The translations under genes were made by a program, and so were the position numbers. The notes beneath the pieces are model-generated. The model searched no databases and was not told the DNA's origin. It was given only the letters and a program-made list of their open reading frames with translations. From positions 27,404,001 to 27,468,000 of the forward strand of contig OZ024761.1 in assembly GCA_964016885.1 (NCBI GenBank): a stretch of 64,000 nucleotides of DNA. Reading direction: 5' to 3'. Of this stretch, positions 59,055-64,000 are shown piece by piece. This DNA is from Eledone cirrhosa. Lineage: Eukaryota. The number at the start of each line of letters is the position of its first letter. Within the stretch, counting starts at the first letter, position 1.

Positions 59055-59199
59055 GTGTGTGTCTGTGTGTGTGCATTATATATATATTTATATGTTTATA
59101 TATACACATATATTATATATAGAGTATAAATAATACATAAACGTATATATAATATCTATCTATTTATACTCTCTATATATATGCATATATATATATATT

Positions 59200-59328
<129 letters not shown>

Positions 59329-60234
59329 TTACACATATATATATGTGTGTGTGTTTAACTCTTTTGATATCAACCACCCCCCCAAAAACGGCTTTACTTC
59401 TATGAAACAAAACTTTCCCAAATAATTTTCTATAAGAACCATATAATAACTTACTATGATTTTAGTGAATCCCTCAAAATTCTTAATTAATTTAATTAAT
59501 TAATTGATATATAATGTATTTCATTCGAAATTCGGTCAAGAAAGGGTTAAATATTACAGCGTTTATATTGGAGCAGATCTCAAAGACATTATAGAAACGC
59601 TGTGAAACATGTTTGAATATAATAGAGGGACTGTGACAACAAATAGCGAAAAGCAATGAATGAAGTAAGAAATAATATGAAAGGGTCATATCATCAGCTG
59701 TCGATGAGTTACTTTCGTGGTTTCGACACCTTATTTCCCCATCACTTTTTCACGCTTAATCAAATATCTTTCAACGCAGTTTTCTTCCATTTTGGAACGT
59801 ATTTCCTACCCCCCCCACCACACATCCACATGAATACCTTACACCCCCCTCTCTCTCTCTCAGCTACACGTTCCCTCTTTTTATACTTACCCCCTCCCCT
59901 TTATCAATCACCTTCTCTCTATACTTCTCTTATTTTATTATGTTACTGCTCGAATGCTCTCTCTCTCTCTCTTTTCCCCCTTCTCTCTTCCCCTTCTCTT
60001 CCCTTTCTTTCACCTACTGTTCCGCTCCTCCCCTTTCCCCTTCTATCTCCTACCCATTCTCACACTTCTCCCCTTCTCTCCCCCTCTCTCTCACTCACAC
60101 ACACTCTCTCTCTATCTCAATCACTCGTTCCCTCTTTCTATCCTTATAATCTCTTTATCATCTCCTCTTCTCTTTACCAGCCCCTTTCACCTTTTCTATA
60201 TACGTTTCTTATTTAATTACGTTACTGCTCGAAT

Positions 60235-60284
<50 letters not shown>

Positions 60285-60847
60285 TCTCTCTCTTTCTCTC
60301 TCTTTCTCTCTCTTCTCTTTTGTCTCTCCCCTTCTCTCTCCACGCACTCTCCATCGGCCTATCTCTTTCCCGCTCTCTCTCTCTCCCGCCCCCTCTCTCT
60401 CCCACCCTCCCATCTCCCCCTTCTCTATCCCTACTCTCACACATACACTCTCTTTATTGTAGAACACCACCATCCCCCCCGTTCTCTCTGTAGGTAGCTC
60501 AGAGGAACAGTCACCACTATAATAACTGTAAAGGAACCAGAAATCATTTGTTCAATTCCCAGCAGCACGTTATGTTCTTAAGCACTTTATTCTTTATTTC
60601 ATGTTGCTCTTGTCACACTCAACAGGCTTCTACTTCTTATCATATCCAGGCTGTTTTGTAGCTCGAAACGCCTTCTCCATTCTGTTCCGCGGGGCTGTGG
60701 GGGAGGCCAGCACGTGGGACCCCATTTGCTCACCATACAGAGGGATGGCGAGGGCGAGAGAGATGGCGGCGATGACAGTGGGAGTTCGGTTCTTCCACGT
60801 TCGGACCATAACCTTGTGGTTGTGTTCATTATCTATAAAGTTCATAT

Positions 60848-61035
60848 GGTGGATTGGCAGTATCGGTAGAGAGTCGGACACCATGCTTTGAAGCATAGAG
60901 TTACGTCCCTTTATGATCTGAGTTCAAATCCCGCCGAGGTTAACTTTGCCTTTCATCCTTACGGGGTCGATAAAATAAAGTACCAGTAATGTACTGGGTA
61001 ATTGCTGGCCTTGTGCCTAAAATAGAAACAATTAT
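60848..61035 (+). mobile_element. tRNA-derived SINE, family A
   Basis: GGTGGATTGGCAGTATCGGTAG...GAGTTCAAATCCC...AGAAACAATT. Confidence 0.87.
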
Positions 61036-61361
61036 CTATAGAGTTCACCCTGGCTATTTATCGGTGCAAGTTAATCCCATTTTTTTTTTAACTGTTGCTT
61101 ATAATTATTGGTGATAGGATTAGCAGTATCTTGTCTATCTAGTTCAGGGGTGTGTAACATATACCATTGCTGGGCCACTTTTGAACATTGGAACAACTAT
61201 TAGGGCCATTCACTGTCAAAAATATGTAATCTAATGAAAACCAGTGAATCTATTGTGAATACATTTTTAAACAATGAAGACAAATAAAATATAATTTAGT
61301 TTTATTAATGTAAGACTTGGTATTTGGTGTGTTTGTATAAGTTATCAATGTCTAGTTACGA

Positions 61362-61650
61362 AGGCGGATGGCTTAGTGGTTAGAGCATTGGGCTTGCAAT
61401 CGAAAGGTTGTGAGTTCGATTCTCGGACCGGGTGATGTGTTGTGTCCTTGAGCAAGACACTTTATCTCACGTTGCTCCAGTTTACTCAGCTGTAGAAATG
61501 AGTTGCGATCCTGCCAAATCAATGGGTGGCAGTAGTTCCAGCTGCACGCATCGAAAGACTGGTGTAGTGGTTCTGAGGACAATGGGGCTTTGCAGATGAT
61601 CAATGACAATTGACAATGGAAAGGCACTCCCGCTCGAGTTAGAAGTTGTA
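61362..61650 (+). mobile_element. tRNA-headed SINE with CORE-like domain, family B
   Basis: A box TGGCTTAGTGG, B box GAGTTCGATTC, then TGTGTCCTTGAGCAAGACACTT; 3' boundary approximate. Confidence 0.75.
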
Positions 61651-61797
61651 AGCACACACATACATACAGACACACACACACAGACATATATATATATATA
61701 TATACATACATACATATATATATATATATTTAATATAGAACTGTTTCCTCATGGTTTCTTGGTGATTTTTAAGAGGGTCACAGTAAGTACTAAAAGA

Positions 61798-62300
<503 letters not shown>

Positions 62301-62336
62301 TATATATATATATATATATATATATACTTACATATA

Positions 62337-63221
62337 CGAGGTGTGTCAGAAAAGTTCCAGGACTGATGTCACAAAAGATTTATTTCAAACCCAAACTTCA
62401 CACTAAGAGTTTTCTCCTTCGAAGTAATCCCCCTGGAGTCTAATGCGCTTTTCCATCCTTTTCTGCCATGCTTGCATGCACTCTTGGAAGGATTCTTCCG
62501 GGATCCTCCGCAGTTCCGTCGTCACGGCCTTTTTGATGTCGTCCACGTCTTCAAAATGGGTCCCCTCCGGGTCGATCTCGAAGATCCATGACTCATCACC
62601 GGTGATGACTGTCCCTTGCAAGTCTGGTTTGGTTTCAAGACACTCGAGGATGTCCTGGCACACTTGCATGCGTCGACCCTTCTGGTCATCGTTCAGCAGT
62701 TTTGGCACCATCTTCGCGCAGACTTTCCGCATGTCCAAATCTTCAGTTAGAATATTCCAGACGCTGTCCCGATTCATGCCCACTCATTTGCCATCAGTCG
62801 AACAGTCAACCGACGATCGCTACGCACCATCTGCCTGACGCGCTCAACGTTGACCTCAGTCCTGGTTGTTGAGGGCCTTCCGCTCCTGGGGTCATCTTGC
62901 ACCACTCAAAAACACGTGAGCGTGACATCGTCTCATCCCCATACACTTGCTGCAGCAATCCCAGTGCTTCTGACGGAGTTTTTCCCAACCATACCAGAAA
63001 CTTCAAGTTTGTTCGTTGCTCTGTGCTCATTGCTTGACGACCTGAAACAGAGGACATGTATATACAATTATGAAGAAAAAAGTTTGATCGCTGCAGAGAG
63101 CTAAGATTACAGTTACATACTCCAGGGGGATGACTTTGAAGGAGAAAACTCTTAGTGTGAAGTTTGGGTTGGAAATAAATCTTTTGTGACATCAGTCCTG
63201 GAACTTTTCTGACACACCTCC
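62337..63221 (-). mobile_element. Internally deleted mariner transposon with ~103 bp TIRs
   Basis: TA flanks; TIRs 62337-62439 and 63119-63221; EQRTNLKF...GKTPSEA...VYGDETMSRSRVFEW, RKVCAKMVPKLL, ITGDESW, GDYFEG; frameshifts and loss of the catalytic middle. Confidence 0.92.
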
Positions 63222-63238
63222 TATATATATACAGTACT

Positions 63239-63606
<368 letters not shown>

Positions 63607-63810
63607 CGTATATATATGTGTGTGTGTATGTCTCATTATATGAGTGGGTATATAAATTATGACTGCCCCGTAACAACACTTATAATTATGTAACATTAAT
63701 GAAGGTTAGCTAGTCTATTGTACCCGCTTGGATGAGTTATACGTATAACCTATTCTCAACTGTATATAACTGTATATATATATATAGTTTATACATACAT
63801 GCGTATATAC

Positions 63811-63870
<60 letters not shown>

Positions 63871-63893
63871 ACAGACACATTTATATATTTCTC

Positions 63894-63970
<77 letters not shown>

Positions 63971-64000
63971 ATACATATGTATATATTTATATGTATATAT

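Noticed and set aside
60599-60896. GC-richer island with short ORFs as a host exon
   Set aside because: No recognisable protein motif and ORF ends overlap a SINE; cannot be supported from sequence alone
61362-61432. tRNA gene
   Set aside because: A and B boxes are present, but there is no convincing cloverleaf and it runs into a CORE-like SINE body

Overview
This is AT-rich animal genomic DNA dominated by microsatellites and low-complexity tracts; the SINE families suggest an octopod cephalopod, which is an inference from recall and not a database result. No host protein-coding gene could be supported, and almost all ORF-track entries are repeat artefacts. The real content is mobile DNA: many Penelope-like element (PLE) fragments with fold-back structure and at least 12 type I hammerhead ribozyme motifs, two GIY-YIG PLE ORF remnants (one inside a ~2.15 kb x2 near-perfect inverted duplication), an ORF1-only (HAL1-like) L1/Tx1 derivative, microsatellite-embedded R4-like and Tx1-like fragments, RTE-derived non-autonomous elements, tRNA-derived SINEs and a deleted mariner. 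The most striking observation is at ~21.9-23.5 kb, where repeat copies differ from their siblings almost only by T>C on the + strand (A>G on the - strand). This pattern suggests ADAR-hyper-edited RNA written back into the genome by reverse transcription and then re-copied.
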